Source: Bacillales bacterium
Lineage (GTDB): Bacteria > Bacillota > Bacilli > Bacillales > DASSOY01
Direction of reading: 5' to 3'
DNA: 64,000 bases
Assembly: GCA_035700025.1 (NCBI GenBank)
Contig: DASSOY010000028.1
Coordinates: 3,606 to 67,605 of the forward strand
The notes beneath the pieces were generated by a model, which was not told the origin of the DNA, made no database searches, and worked only from the letters and a program-made list of their open reading frames with translations. How positions within the stretch are numbered: position 1 is the first letter of the stretch; every line of letters begins with the position of its first letter. Of the stretch, positions 42,905 to 58,736 are shown in pieces. The position numbers and the translations under genes are program-made.

Positions 42905-45376
42905 ATGTCGGACAATGAACGGTCGAGAATCAAGGAAGTCAATATAAGTCAAGAGATGCGAACATCGTTCATCGATTATGCGATGAGCGTTATTGTCAGC
43001 CGAGCGCTGCCTGACGTGCGCGACGGATTGAAGCCGGTGCATCGAAGAATTTTGTATGCCATGAACGATCTCGGCATGACGGCGGACAAAGCTTACAAAA
43101 AATCGGCGAGAATCGTCGGTGAAGTGATCGGTAAATATCATCCGCACGGAGACAGTGCGGTTTACGATACAATGGTGCGCATGGCGCAAGATTTCAGTTA
43201 CCGCTATGAACTAGTTGACGGGCACGGAAACTTCGGTTCCGTGGACGGCGATGCGGCAGCGGCGATGCGTTATACGGAAGCGCGCATGTCGAAGATCTCG
43301 ATGGAAATGGTTCGCGACATCAAGAAGAATACGATTGATTACGGCGACAACTATGACGGCACCGAGCGGGAACCGCAAGTGCTCCCCGCTCGTTTTCCAA
43401 ATTTGCTCGTCAACGGGGCATCGGGGATTGCTGTCGGCATGGCGACGAACATTCCGCCGCATCAGCTTGGCGAAGTGATCGACGGCGTGCTTGCAGTGAG
43501 CACGAATCCCGACATTACGACGATGGAACTGATGGAATACATTCCGGGACCGGATTTTCCGACAGCGGGAGAAATTCTTGGCCGTTCCGGCATTCGGAAA
43601 GCGTATGAAACGGGACGCGGCACGATTACGCTGCGCGCGAAGACGGAAATCGTCGAACAAGCGAACGGAAAGCCGACGATTCTCGTTCACGAGCTTCCGT
43701 ATCAAGTGAACAAGGCGAAATTGATTGAGAAAATCGCCGATCTCGTGCGCGATAAGAAAATTGACGGCATTACCGACATTCGCGACGAATCCGATCGCAA
43801 CGGCATGCGCGTGGTGATTGAAGTACGCCGCGATGCAAATGCCAACGTGCTCTTGAACAATTTGTACAAGCATACGGCGATGCAGACGAGTTTCGGAATC
43901 AACATGCTTGCGCTCGTCGACGGCAGACCGCAAGTGCTGACGTTGAAGCAATGTCTGCATTACTATCTTGAACATCAAAAAGAAGTCATTCGCCGCCGGA
44001 CCGAGTTTGAACTCGACAAGGCGGAGAAGCGCGCCCACATTCTCGAAGGGTTACGTATCGCGCTCGATCATATTGACGAAATCATCGCTTTGATTCGCGG
44101 CTCGAAAACGACTGACGAGGCCCGTGAAGGATTAATGGGACAGTTCAAGCTGAGCGAAGAGCAGGCGCAGGCGATTCTCGACATGCGTTTGCAGCGGTTA
44201 ACGGGTCTTGAACGTGACAAAATCGAAAACGAATACCAAGAGTTGCTGAAACAAATCGCTGAATTGAAAGCGATCTTGGCGAGCGAAGAAAAGGTGCTCG
44301 AACTGATTCGCGAAGAGCTATTGGAAATTAAAGAACGATTTAACGATGAACGGCGAACGGCGATCAGCATGGATTTGCAAAACATCGAAGACGAGGATTT
44401 AATTCCGCAGCAAAACGTGTTGATCACAATCACTCATAACGGATATATTAAGCGGCTTCCCATTGAGACGTACCGCCTGCAAAAGCGCGGCGGCCGCGGC
44501 ATTCAAGGCATGGGAACGAACGAGGACGATTTTGTTGAGCAACTGCTGACGACGAACACGCATCACACCGTCCTGTTTTTCACGAACAAAGGCAAGGTAT
44601 ACCGATTGAAAGGGTATGAGATTCCTGAGTTCGGCCGGACGGCGAAAGGCATTCCGATCATCAATTTGTTGCAAATCGAACCGGGCGAAAGCGTATCTGC
44701 GGTCATTCCGATTGAATCGTTCAACGATGAGCAAGCCTTGTTTTTCACGACAAAAAAAGGCATTTCGAAACGGTCGCTGCTCTCTTCATTCGCCAACATT
44801 CGCAAAGGTGGATTGATTGCCTTAAATTTGCGTATCGACGATGAGTTGATCGGCGTTCGTTTGACGGACGGCAACAAAGACATCATCATCGGAACGAGAA
44901 ACGGCATGGCGATTCGTTTTAAAGAAACCGACGTCCGCCTTATGGGACGTACCGCTACGGGCGTTAAAGGCATCACGCTCGGCGAGGACGACGAAGTCGT
45001 CGGTATGGGAATTCTCGAAGGCGGCGAAGATATTTTGATCGTGACCGAAAATGGTTACGGCAAAAGAACGCCGGCAACGGAATATCGCTTGCAAAGCCGC
45101 GGCGGCAAGGGGCTCATCACGTGCAACATTACCGAGAAAAACGGTCCGTTGATGGCCTTGAAGCCTGTCACGATAGATGAAGATATTATGATCATTACGG
45201 CTGCCGGCGTGATCATTCGCACGGAAGTCGAAGGCATCTCGGTGATGAGCCGAAATACGCAAGGCGTGCGCTTGATTCGTTTGAAAGACGGGGAAAAAGT
45301 TTCCACGGTGGCACGGGTGATGAGAGACGAAGACCATGATTCCGAAACCGGTGCCGAAGGTGAGGATGAAGAATGA
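42905..45376 (+). CDS. gyrA: DNA gyrase subunit A
   Basis: Start at ATG 42905 after GGAGGTG. ...[41 protein letters not shown], active-site [11 protein letters not shown], acidic tail. Confidence 0.97.
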   Translation: MSDNERSRIKEVNISQEMRTSFIDYAMSVIVSRALPDVRDGLKPVHRRILYAMNDLGMTADKAYKKSARIVGEVIGKYHPHGDSAVYDTMVRMAQDFSYRYELVDGHGNFGSVDGDAAAAMRYTEARMSKISMEMVRDIKKNTIDYGDNYDGTEREPQVLPARFPNLLVNGASGIAVGMATNIPPHQLGEVIDGVLAVSTNPDITTMELMEYIPGPDFPTAGEILGRSGIRKAYETGRGTITLRAKTEIVEQANGKPTILVHELPYQVNKAKLIEKIADLVRDKKIDGITDIRDESDRNGMRVVIEVRRDANANVLLNNLYKHTAMQTSFGINMLALVDGRPQVLTLKQCLHYYLEHQKEVIRRRTEFELDKAEKRAHILEGLRIALDHIDEIIALIRGSKTTDEAREGLMGQFKLSEEQAQAILDMRLQRLTGLERDKIENEYQELLKQIAELKAILASEEKVLELIREELLEIKERFNDERRTAISMDLQNIEDEDLIPQQNVLITITHNGYIKRLPIETYRLQKRGGRGIQGMGTNEDDFVEQLLTTNTHHTVLFFTNKGKVYRLKGYEIPEFGRTAKGIPIINLLQIEPGESVSAVIPIESFNDEQALFFTTKKGISKRSLLSSFANIRKGGLIALNLRIDDELIGVRLTDGNKDIIIGTRNGMAIRFKETDVRLMGRTATGVKGITLGEDDEVVGMGILEGGEDILIVTENGYGKRTPATEYRLQSRGGKGLITCNITEKNGPLMALKPVTIDEDIMIITAAGVIIRTEVEGISVMSRNTQGVRLIRLKDGEKVSTVARVMRDEDHDSETGAEGEDEE

Positions 45377-46435
45377 AGGTGAAGCGTCTCGCGCTCAAGC
45401 CCGGAGATGTTCTTGACGAAGACGTGTATGTCGGAACGGCACAGCCGATTATGCGAAGGAAAACGAAATTGAGCGCTGAACATTTGCAAGTGCTCGAAGC
45501 GTTCTTTGTTCGCGAAGTTATGATTAATAAACGGCCGGTCGAAGAAGTGGAAAAGCGGAAGAATGCGTCAGAGAAGGTAGAGGACGTTACAACCTATTCT
45601 CCGTTCATTGATCAATATTTATCGTCTGTGGCCCAGTACAAACTTTGTTTTCAACGGTGGCAAAGCGGACAAAAAGTGGACATTCAGCGAATCCGGAACG
45701 TGCTCATCCCATTGTTGGAAAAAGCAGCGGAAGCCGAACGGGAAGTGTTTCATCTTCACCTGTTCAACAAGCGCGCCGATTACTTGTACCATCACGCGGT
45801 TTCGACCGGGGTTTTGGCCGCTTACTTGGCCAAGCGGTTAGGGTATTCGAAAGGGGACCTATTGCAAGTCGGATTGGCTGGGGCGCTTTCGGACTGCGGG
45901 ATGGCTCGCGTGTCGCTGTCGTTTTTGAAAAACAAAGGCAAACCTTCTCCCGGCGAGAGGGAGCAAATTCGCCAGCACCCGGTGTACAGCTATCATATGA
46001 TCAAAGCGATTCCGGCGTTGAAAGAAGGCGTCAGCCTCGCTGTTTCTCAACATCACGAAAGAGAGAATGGAAGCGGTTATCCGCTCGGCATCAGCGGCAG
46101 GCAAATTCATCCGTTCGGCAAGATCGTCGCCGTCGCCGACAGCTACCACGCCATGACGTGCGAACGGGCTTACCGGGAGAAACGCTCGCCTTTTCAAGTG
46201 CTCGAAGTGATGACGAAAGAAGAGTTCGGTCAATATGACTTGCGGGTATTGCAAGAATTATCAAAAGCGCTGTTGACGTATTCCGTCGGAACGAAGGTTC
46301 GTCTCACCGACCAGCGCTTCGGTGAGATCGCCTTTATTCCGCCGCGCAACCCGACACGGCCGTTTGTGCGCCTTGAAGACAGCGGCGAACTTTTGTCGCT
46401 CGCGGAGCATCCCGACCTTTCCATCGAAACGTTGC

Positions 46436-46443
<8 letters not shown>
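45373..46443 (+). CDS. HD-GYP-domain protein with a degenerate HD dyad (SD in place of HD)
   Basis: 356 aa. C-terminal domain has YHHAVSTG ... [10 protein letters not shown] ... IRQHP ... [15 protein letters not shown] ... [12 protein letters not shown] start/stop overlap with gyrA (45373-45376) and a GAAGGTGAGGA RBS inside the gyrA tail. Confidence 0.85.
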
Positions 46444-49000
<2,557 letters not shown>

Positions 49001-49068
49001 TGCAAAAGGGAAGTCGAAAGGCTCCGTTTGTGAACAAACGGGCAAAGTTTCCACACATTTTTTCATCG

Positions 49069-49096
49069 GACAGGGGTTCTCCTCTGTCTCTTTTTT
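49069..49096 (+). terminator. Terminator of guaB
   Basis: GACAGGGG-TTCT-CCTCTGTC followed by TCTTTTTT. Confidence 0.75.
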
Positions 49097-49142
49097 ATGA
49101 TAAAATAGCGGTTGTGTGAGAGGTACTGGAGGTGTGGGAAAG

Positions 49143-50486
49143 TTGAAAAGCCTAATTCCAAGAGGGCTGGTTATGACACTCGCCATAATGGTGGCGGGAG
49201 CTGTCATGTCAAACGTTACGACTACAAAGGTTGAGGCAGCAGAGCCTCCGATTGACGTGAAAGCGCCGTCGGCGATTCTTGTCGACGCTGACACGGGGAG
49301 AATTTTGTACGAAAAAAACGCGGACGTGAAGCGGTCTCCGGCAAGCATGACGAAAATGATGGCTGAATATTTGATTCTCGAAGCTATCAAGAAAGGCACA
49401 ATCTCGTGGGATACGCCCGTCCGGATTAACGATTATATTTATAAATTGTCGCAAAACCGGAATCTTTCCGGCGTCCCGCTTCGGAAAGATGTAACGTATA
49501 CGGTTCAGGAATTGTATAAAGCAATGGCCATCTATTCGGCGAATTCGGCGACGATTGCGATTGGCCGAAAAATTTACGGCAGCGAGAAGAAATTCGTCGA
49601 AGCGATGAACGAGAAGGCCGAGGAACTCGGGCTGAAAGACACGAAATTCGTCAACAGCACGGGGCTGAACAACAGCGATCTCATGGGACATGAGCCGTTC
49701 GGCGGCCCGAATGACGAGAACGTGATGAGCGCACACGACGCGGCTTTGCTGGCCTATCGGCTCGTCAAAGATCATCCGAACGTTCTCAAATATACGAGCA
49801 TTCCGAAAGCGAAGTTCACGAAAGGCGTGGAATCGCCGATCAATATGCCGAACTGGAATTTCATGCTTCCCGGTCTCGTGTTTGAATACGAAGGCGTTCT
49901 CGGGTTGAAGACCGGACATACGGACAAAGCGGGCTATTGTTTCACATCGTATGCCGAACGCGGCGATGTTCACTTGATTTCAGTCGTGATGAAAACTGAT
50001 TCGCTGAAACAGCGATTTGCGCAGACGAGAGTGTTGCTTGATTACGGATTCAATAACTTTCATAAAGTGACGTTGTTGAACAAAGGCTATCAACCGAAAG
50101 GCAAGAAACAACTTCCGGTCGTTAAAGGAAAAGAAGATCAAGTCGGGATCGAAGCAAAACAGTCGATTCAACTGTTGATTCGCAGCGGCACGAAGAATCA
50201 ATACAAACCGAAAGTGACCTTTGACGAGTCATTGTTCACGAAAGACGGCGCGCTCACGGCTCCCGTGAAAAAGGGGCAGCAAGTCGGTACCGTAACAATT
50301 GAAAATACAAAGACGGATACGTACGGATACTTAACGAAACAACAGGCAGCGCAAGCGGCAAGCGCGATTGTGACGACGGGGCAAGTCGAAAAAGCGAGTT
50401 GGTTCAGTCTCATGTTCCGCTCGATCGGACACGGCCTTTCTCATTTCTTTTCCGGGATCGGTGACATGATCAAAGGCTGGTTTTAA
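49143..50486 (+). CDS. dacA: D-alanyl-D-alanine carboxypeptidase (PBP5, DacA-like)
   Basis: Start probably at TTG 49143 (M-KSLIPRGLVMTLAIMVAGAVMS signal), 8 nt after TGGAGGTG. SxxK motif SMTKMM. C-terminal amphipathic anchor. Confidence 0.9.
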   Translation: MKSLIPRGLVMTLAIMVAGAVMSNVTTTKVEAAEPPIDVKAPSAILVDADTGRILYEKNADVKRSPASMTKMMAEYLILEAIKKGTISWDTPVRINDYIYKLSQNRNLSGVPLRKDVTYTVQELYKAMAIYSANSATIAIGRKIYGSEKKFVEAMNEKAEELGLKDTKFVNSTGLNNSDLMGHEPFGGPNDENVMSAHDAALLAYRLVKDHPNVLKYTSIPKAKFTKGVESPINMPNWNFMLPGLVFEYEGVLGLKTGHTDKAGYCFTSYAERGDVHLISVVMKTDSLKQRFAQTRVLLDYGFNNFHKVTLLNKGYQPKGKKQLPVVKGKEDQVGIEAKQSIQLLIRSGTKNQYKPKVTFDESLFTKDGALTAPVKKGQQVGTVTIENTKTDTYGYLTKQQAAQAASAIVTTGQVEKASWFSLMFRSIGHGLSHFFSGIGDMIKGWF

Positions 50487-50686
50487 TCGCAGCTTTGTGC
50501 TTCAAACGGCTTAAATTGTCTTTTTCGGAAGGGCACAGTACAATGGAAATAAGGTTTTCTCTAGTCTTCGGCTTGGGCGATGGACGAGGTGTGCGGCTTC
50601 CCTCGTCTTCGTTTGCCGGAGATTCGTTATAAGGGCTCTTCATCGAATGAGGGAGTCGGACTTTTATAAATGCGGAGGGAAACAGA

Positions 50687-51571
50687 ATGGCACAAACAGG
50701 TACGGATCGGGTAAAAAGAGGGATGGCTGAAATGCAAAAAGGCGGCGTCATCATGGACGTTGTGAATGCCGAACAGGCAAAAATCGCTGAAGAAGCCGGA
50801 GCGGTAGCGGTTATGGCTTTGGAACGGGTCCCGGCGGACATTCGCGCGGCCGGCGGTGTGGCGCGTATGGCGGATCCAACGATCGTGGAAGAAGTGATGA
50901 ACGCCGTTTCGATTCCGGTGATGGCGAAAGCGAGAATCGGACATATCGTAGAGGCGCGTGTGTTGGAAGCGCTCGGAGCTGATTACATTGATGAAAGTGA
51001 AGTGCTGACGCCGGCGGACGAAGAGTTTCACATCAACAAACGGGAATTTACGGTGCCGTTTGTATGCGGATGCCGTGATTTGGGTGAAGCTGCGCGCCGC
51101 ATCGGCGAAGGGGCTTCGATGCTTCGGACGAAAGGCGAGCCGGGTACGGGCAACATCGTGGAGGCCGTTAGGCATATGCGTGTCGTGCAGTCGCAAGTGA
51201 GGAAAGTCGTCGCCATGTCGGAAGACGAACTCATGACGGAAGCGAAAAACTTGGGCGCTCCCTATGACGTGCTTTTGCAAATTCGCGAAAAAGGCCGTTT
51301 GCCGGTCGTAAACTTTGCCGCGGGCGGAATCGCGACCCCTTCGGATGCGGCTTTGATGATGCAGCTCGGTGCCGACGGCGTGTTCGTCGGATCCGGTATT
51401 TTCAAATCGAAGAATCCGGAGAAATTCGCGCGTGCCATCGTTGAAGCGACGACGCATTATGAAGATTACAAATTGATCGGCGAATTGTCGAAGGATCTCG
51501 GCGAAGCGATGAAAGGCATCGAAATGTCGACGCTTGAACCGGGACAACGCATGCAAGACCGTAGTTTTTAA
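50687..51571 (+). CDS. pdxS: Pyridoxal 5'-phosphate synthase lyase subunit PdxS
   Basis: 294 aa, ...[41 protein letters not shown]... Confidence 0.96.
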   Translation: MAQTGTDRVKRGMAEMQKGGVIMDVVNAEQAKIAEEAGAVAVMALERVPADIRAAGGVARMADPTIVEEVMNAVSIPVMAKARIGHIVEARVLEALGADYIDESEVLTPADEEFHINKREFTVPFVCGCRDLGEAARRIGEGASMLRTKGEPGTGNIVEAVRHMRVVQSQVRKVVAMSEDELMTEAKNLGAPYDVLLQIREKGRLPVVNFAAGGIATPSDAALMMQLGADGVFVGSGIFKSKNPEKFARAIVEATTHYEDYKLIGELSKDLGEAMKGIEMSTLEPGQRMQDRSF

Positions 51572-51598
51572 AGTTTCGGACGAAGAAGGGAAATGCAA

Positions 51599-52186
51599 AT
51601 GGTCAAAATTGGAGTACTTGGCCTTCAAGGGGCGGTTCCAGAACATGTGAAGGCTCTTGAAGCGTGCGGCGCGGAAACGATCGTCGTCAAGCGCGTGGAA
51701 CAGCTTGAGGAAATTGACGGCCTTGTCATGCCCGGCGGCGAGAGCACGACGATGCGCCGTTTAATGGATAAATACGGATTTATCGAGCCTTTGAAGGGCT
51801 TTTCGGAAGAAGGCAAGCCGATCTTCGGTACTTGTGCGGGGCTCATTTTGCTGGCGAAAGAAATCGAAGGGCATTCCGGCGTTCATCTTGGCTTGATGGA
51901 CATGAAAGTGAAGCGCAACGCCTTCGGCCGCCAGCGCGAGAGTTTCGAAGCGGAGCTGCTCGTCAAAGGACTGGAAGGTTCTTTTACCGGTGTGTTCATT
52001 CGGGCGCCTTACATTCTCGAAGTCGGGGAATCCGTCGAGGTGCTTTCGAAACATGAGGATAAAATTGTCGCTGCACGCCAAGAGAGGTTGTTGACGTGTG
52101 CTTTTCATCCGGAGCTGGCGGAAGATTCCCGTTTTCACGGACTTTTTGTCGAAATGGTCGAGAAGGCGAAAACGCAGCTTGCATAA
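51599..52186 (+). CDS. pdxT: Pyridoxal 5'-phosphate synthase glutaminase subunit PdxT
   Basis: Start at ATG 51599 ([13 protein letters not shown]), 8 nt after GAAGGGA. Catalytic GTCAGLILL. Confidence 0.95.
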   Translation: MVKIGVLGLQGAVPEHVKALEACGAETIVVKRVEQLEEIDGLVMPGGESTTMRRLMDKYGFIEPLKGFSEEGKPIFGTCAGLILLAKEIEGHSGVHLGLMDMKVKRNAFGRQRESFEAELLVKGLEGSFTGVFIRAPYILEVGESVEVLSKHEDKIVAARQERLLTCAFHPELAEDSRFHGLFVEMVEKAKTQLA

Positions 52187-52214
52187 CGGGTGAAAATGGT
52201 GTAGATTAATTTAT

Positions 52215-54503
<2,289 letters not shown>

Positions 54504-54704
54504 TGCCGTCTGGACTCACATGTTTTTTTGATGTGTTAAAATTGTGAAAATGGGTATTTGCGGATCCCCTTTCGCGGTTGTTTTTCGCGGGAACATCCAC
54601 CGAAGTCGTCAGTAAAAACGTACTGGATGACTGCAAATTAATTGCGATCTAACCTTTGTGATATGATGAGTTCAACAATGCGGCGTTTCGAAAGGAGGAC
54701 GGCC

Positions 54705-55904
54705 ATGTATAAGAAGCTTAAGAAACTCCATCATCTCAACGTATTTCTGTTTTTCCTGTTGCTTTTGACGGGAATTCTTTTGTACTGGCCCGCTTTCCGC
54801 CAACATTACCCGCAACAGCGCATTTGGGCGCGTGATGTTCATATAATCATCGGCTTATATTTGGCGTTTCTCCTATTGCGATTCCTCTATCGAGGGTTGG
54901 CTGATCATTGGGACCGGCTTGCAAAACAGGGGGCCGTCGGCAAAAAGGCAAATTTGACGTTCATCGTCGTTGTGACCGCGATTATGACTGTGAGCGGCAT
55001 CATTCTTTGGGGGCAACGGCTGCTGCCGTTCTGGCTGAACAGTGTTTCCCTCGTTTTCCATGATTGGACCGTGATCATTGCGTTGCCTTTTATCATTTTT
55101 CATATGGTCACGAGGATGTGGTGGGTGCGCAAGCAGCGAAAAGCCGTTGGCGATACAACGTATGTTCCGAAGACGCTTGCTTCGCTGCCAAGACGGGATG
55201 TGTTGAAATTCGGGATCGGTGCCTTGATCGCTTTGATCGTCGGCCCCGTTTTGTATCAGTCAATGAAAACGAAATGGTCGGCGTCCACGGGGAAGATTGA
55301 CCAGTTGGCGAACGTCGTCCGCGGCGACAAAAATCACCTCGTGCCGAAGCCAAAGCCGTTGCCGGCGTCTCGTCCCCCGAAAGGCGGCGGGTACGAAGGG
55401 AGGTTCCGTATTTATACGGTGACGCCGATTCCGGCGTTTGATAATCAAAGCTGGGATTTTCGCATCGATGGACTCGTGAAACATAAGCAACATTGGAAAT
55501 GGCAGGAGTTTATTACCCTTCCTCGAAAAGTGCAAGTAAGCGATTTTCATTGCGTTACGGGGTGGTCTGTTTATCACGTCACGTACGAAGGCATTCCATT
55601 AACACAATTGCTGAAAATGGCCGGGGTAAAATCGAGCGCCACCCACGTGAAATTTTATTCCGGGGACGGGGTTTATACGGACTCGCTTACCGTGAAACAA
55701 GCGCAAATGAACGACGTAATGGTGGCGATGCTCATGGACGGGAAGTTGATTCCTTCGGAATTCGGCGGTCCGGTGCGGCTGATCGTGCCGAAAATGTACG
55801 GCTATAAATCGGTCAAATGGCTCAACCGGATTGAATTGATCGATCATGACCATACCGGGTACTGGGAGCAGCGAGGTTACAGCAAAAATGCATGGTTGTC
55901 GTAA
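54705..55904 (+). CDS. Fusion of an N-terminal His-rich 4-5 TM (b-type cytochrome/MsrQ-like) domain with a C-terminal molybdopterin oxidoreductase (MsrP/YedY/sulfite-oxidase-fold) domain
   Basis: Start at ATG 54705 after AAAGGAGG. TMs carry conserved His (LHHLNVF, DVHIIIG, VFHDWTV, IIFHMV). C-terminal FHCVTGWS and PVRLIVPKMYGYKSVKW are typical of PF00174-type Moco domains. Confidence 0.8.
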   Translation: MYKKLKKLHHLNVFLFFLLLLTGILLYWPAFRQHYPQQRIWARDVHIIIGLYLAFLLLRFLYRGLADHWDRLAKQGAVGKKANLTFIVVVTAIMTVSGIILWGQRLLPFWLNSVSLVFHDWTVIIALPFIIFHMVTRMWWVRKQRKAVGDTTYVPKTLASLPRRDVLKFGIGALIALIVGPVLYQSMKTKWSASTGKIDQLANVVRGDKNHLVPKPKPLPASRPPKGGGYEGRFRIYTVTPIPAFDNQSWDFRIDGLVKHKQHWKWQEFITLPRKVQVSDFHCVTGWSVYHVTYEGIPLTQLLKMAGVKSSATHVKFYSGDGVYTDSLTVKQAQMNDVMVAMLMDGKLIPSEFGGPVRLIVPKMYGYKSVKWLNRIELIDHDHTGYWEQRGYSKNAWLS

Positions 55905-55919
55905 GAAAAGGAGGCACTT

Positions 55920-56573
55920 ATGCTGAAAGCAGTCATTTTCGATTTCGACGGGACGTTGGCGGATACGCTGCCGATCGTGTTCCGGTCTTTCCAAGAAATC
56001 TTTCGATCTTATAAAAATGAAACGAAAACCGCTGAAGACATTAAAGCGTTGTTCGGTCCTTCGGAGGAGCGGATCATTCGCGGCGTCTTCGACGAGAAGG
56101 ACTATGCGCAAGCGGTTGAAGATTATCATGATTATTACTGGAAGCATCATGACAAATGGGTGAAGCGGTCGCGGGAAATCGAACGTTTGCTGCAGTTGAT
56201 TCGTGAGCGGGGACTCAAACTCGCAATCATGACGGGAAAAGGAAGGCGCAGCCTCGACTTGTCGTTGAAGGCGCTTGGAATGGAAAAGATGTTTGACATG
56301 ACGGTGACCGGTGATGAGGTGGTCCGTCCGAAACCGGATCCGGAGGGGTTGTTAAAAATTGTTGAGGCGTTCGATGTATCGCCGAACGAGGCGGTCTTTG
56401 TCGGCGACAGCGATACGGACGTGCGCGCCGGAAAACGGGCGGGGATGGAAACCATTGCTGTTCAATGGCTTTCCACCCCGCAGACCGAAAACTTCGCGGA
56501 AAGTCCCGATCATCTTTTTACCGATCCGGCTTGTTTTCAAGTTTGGCTTGAACAAGCGTTAGCTTCTAAATGA
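55920..56573 (+). CDS. HAD-superfamily hydrolase (phosphoglycolate phosphatase / PpaX-like)
   Basis: MLKAVIFDFDGTLADTL (DxDGT motif I), TGK (motif II region), GDSDTD (motif IV). Confidence 0.85.
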   Translation: MLKAVIFDFDGTLADTLPIVFRSFQEIFRSYKNETKTAEDIKALFGPSEERIIRGVFDEKDYAQAVEDYHDYYWKHHDKWVKRSREIERLLQLIRERGLKLAIMTGKGRRSLDLSLKALGMEKMFDMTVTGDEVVRPKPDPEGLLKIVEAFDVSPNEAVFVGDSDTDVRAGKRAGMETIAVQWLSTPQTENFAESPDHLFTDPACFQVWLEQALASK

Positions 56574-57783
56574 CGCCCTCTCTTTTGAGTTGCTCGAGTT
56601 CTTGTTCACTGAAATCGAGCAACCCTTCATAAATTTCCTTATTGTGCGCGCCGAGCCGCGGCCCTGCCCAATTCAGGTTTCCGGGCGTACGGCTCAGTTT
56701 CGGCACAATACCGGGCATATGAACCTCCCCTAAATCTTCATCTTCTATCTTTTGAATCATGTCCCGGTAATGGTAATGCGGATCCTTTGCAATGTCGGCA
56801 ATGCTGTAAATCGGACCGGACGGGATCGCATGGCTGTCCATGATTTCCATCACTTCGCTCAAAGGCTTCGACGCGGTCCATTGAGCGATGAGGTCGTCGA
56901 GTTCCTGTTGATGTTCGCCTCGTGCTTCATGCGTGCAAAAGCGGCTGTCATCCTTCCATTCCGGATGTCCGATCGCTTCCGTTAACCGATTGAAAATGTT
57001 GTCGGCATTGGCGGCGATGATTACCCACTTTTGATCTTTTGTCATATATGCGTTTGATGGTGCGACTTTCGGCAGGATCGTCCCGGTCCGTTCTTTGATG
57101 ATGCCGTATTTGTAATATTCGCCGATCGCGTTTTCCATCAAAGCAAACACTGACTCGTACAAAGCAACGTCGATCAACTGGCCTTGTTCGTCGTTATGTT
57201 GCTTTTGGTGGTAAAGAGCGACCATCGCTCCCAGTGCACCAAACATGGCCGCGACGGAATCGCCGATGCTGATGCCGACGCGCGGCGGCGGCAAATCCGG
57301 ATAACCGGTGACGTAGCGAATGCCGCCCATCGCTTCGCCGACGCTGCCAAATCCCGCCCTGTTGCTGTACGGCCCGTCTTGTCCGAATCCAGAAATACGG
57401 ACCATGATCAGTTTCGGATGGATCTTCTTCAAATCTTCGTAACCGAGCTTCCATTTTTCAAGCGTGCCGGGGCGGAAATTTTCGACGACGATGTTGGCCG
57501 TTTTGCATAATTGCCGGGCGATCTCCTGCCCGCGTGCCGTTTTCAAATTCAATGTGACACATTTTTTGTTTCGCGACTGGGTCGACCACCAAATCGATTT
57601 GTTCTTTTCGACTTTGTTCCCCCATTTTCGGATCGAGTCTCCTTGTTCGGGCATTTCCACCTTGATGACTTCCGCGCCGTAATCGGCAAGAAGGCGTCCC
57701 ATGAACGGGGCGGCAATGAAATTTCCGAGCTCGACCACTCTAACGCCTTCGAGCGGCGATTGTTTCCGCAATTCGTCTATCAT
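56566..57783 (-). CDS. Family III (CaiB/BaiF-type) CoA-transferase
   Basis: Start at ATG 57783 after TAGGAGG. MIDELRKQSPLEGVRVVELGNFIAAPFMGRLLADYGAEVIKVE is the typical family III N-terminus. 405 aa. Confidence 0.88.
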   Translation of the reverse strand: MIDELRKQSPLEGVRVVELGNFIAAPFMGRLLADYGAEVIKVEMPEQGDSIRKWGNKVEKNKSIWWSTQSRNKKCVTLNLKTARGQEIARQLCKTANIVVENFRPGTLEKWKLGYEDLKKIHPKLIMVRISGFGQDGPYSNRAGFGSVGEAMGGIRYVTGYPDLPPPRVGISIGDSVAAMFGALGAMVALYHQKQHNDEQGQLIDVALYESVFALMENAIGEYYKYGIIKERTGTILPKVAPSNAYMTKDQKWVIIAANADNIFNRLTEAIGHPEWKDDSRFCTHEARGEHQQELDDLIAQWTASKPLSEVMEIMDSHAIPSGPIYSIADIAKDPHYHYRDMIQKIEDEDLGEVHMPGIVPKLSRTPGNLNWAGPRLGAHNKEIYEGLLDFSEQELEQLKREGVI

Positions 57784-57793
57784 GATTTTCCTC

Positions 57794-58717
57794 CTATCCC
57801 GGAACAGAATCGGCTGGATGAAGATCATCCGTTTTTCCGGCTTTCATCACTTGACCAGGCAATGTCCGGCCCATTTGTTTCTCGAGTCCGCGGGCACACG
57901 CGATCAGCCGGTCCAGGTCGATTCCCGTTTCATAGCCGCACAGGTGCAGCATGTGAACGAAATCCTCACTGCATATGTTTCCGCTTGCCCCCGGCGCGAA
58001 CGGACAGCCGCCGAGTCCCGCCAATGAACTGTCGAAATGCGTGACGCCGGCTTCGATTCCGGCGAGTGCATTGGCTAAGCCCATTCCTCTCGTGTTATGC
58101 AAATGAAGCTGCAATAGGAGATGCGGCCATCGTTGCAAGATTTGCCGGCAAGTTTCTTTTATTTGCAGCGGATGCGCCATGCCCGTCGTATCGGCGAGGC
58201 AGATCGAACGAATGCCGGCTGCGGCTAATGGTTCGAGCAACGGCCATAATTTCTGAGCAGAATAGACGCCTTCGAAAGGACAGCCGAAACTCGTCGCCAG
58301 CCCTACGTTTAACGGGATGTTGGCCTGTTTGCTCATTTCGGCGAGCCGTAAGGCGAAAGTCAGGCTTTGCTGCACCGATTGGCGGCTGTTTTTGCGATTG
58401 TGCGTTTCGCTGGCCGAGAACACATAGTTGATTTCATCGACTTTCGCGGCCAAAGCTCTCTCCGCGCCTTTTTCGTTTAACACGAGTCCGCAAAAGACGA
58501 CGTCGTCCACCCGCTGAAACGCGGCGAACAGTTCCTCGGCATCTTTCATGTTCGGGACGAGGACGGGGTGAACGAAAGAAGACAGTTCAAACCTTCGCAC
58601 CCCGGCGGCGATCAAATCGTGCACAAGCGCGATTTTTCGTTCCGTGTCAATCCATTCCGGCTCAATTTGAAACCCGTCTCTCGTCACGACTTCGGTCACT
58701 GTGATCGATCGTTTCAT
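57794..58717 (-). CDS. HMG-CoA-lyase-family (DRE-TIM) hydroxyacyl-CoA lyase
   Basis: VTRDGFQ, LHLHNTRGMGLANALAGIEAG and AGLGGCPFAPGASGN match the HMGL metal-binding and catalytic-Cys motifs. Confidence 0.88.
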   Translation of the reverse strand: MKRSITVTEVVTRDGFQIEPEWIDTERKIALVHDLIAAGVRRFELSSFVHPVLVPNMKDAEELFAAFQRVDDVVFCGLVLNEKGAERALAAKVDEINYVFSASETHNRKNSRQSVQQSLTFALRLAEMSKQANIPLNVGLATSFGCPFEGVYSAQKLWPLLEPLAAAGIRSICLADTTGMAHPLQIKETCRQILQRWPHLLLQLHLHNTRGMGLANALAGIEAGVTHFDSSLAGLGGCPFAPGASGNICSEDFVHMLHLCGYETGIDLDRLIACARGLEKQMGRTLPGQVMKAGKTDDLHPADSVPG

Positions 58718-58736
58718 CGCGTTTGCATCCTTGTCA

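Noticed and set aside
50627-51646. Very long antisense ORFs opposite housekeeping genes. Examples: 50627..51646 vs pdxS, 48317..49399 vs guaB/dacA, 43211..44038 and 44822..45337 vs gyrA, 5033..5923 vs walH, 14597..15292 vs purA, 29926..30627 and 31240..31890 vs mnmG, 32135..32824 vs mnmE, 17299..18027 vs rplI/gdpP, 20759..21574 vs rpsR/ssb
   Set aside because: Each is fully embedded opposite a gene with unmistakable family motifs. They have Arg/His/Phe-rich nonsense-like composition and no RBS. They are typical shadow ORFs.
54504-54704. Promoter or regulatory element upstream of the Moco oxidoreductase (TGATATGAT extended -10-like sequence at about 54658-54666)
   Set aside because: No acceptable -35 lies at 16-18 nt spacing. 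Direct TTCGCGG repeats nearby are too short to interpret. It is left unannotated.
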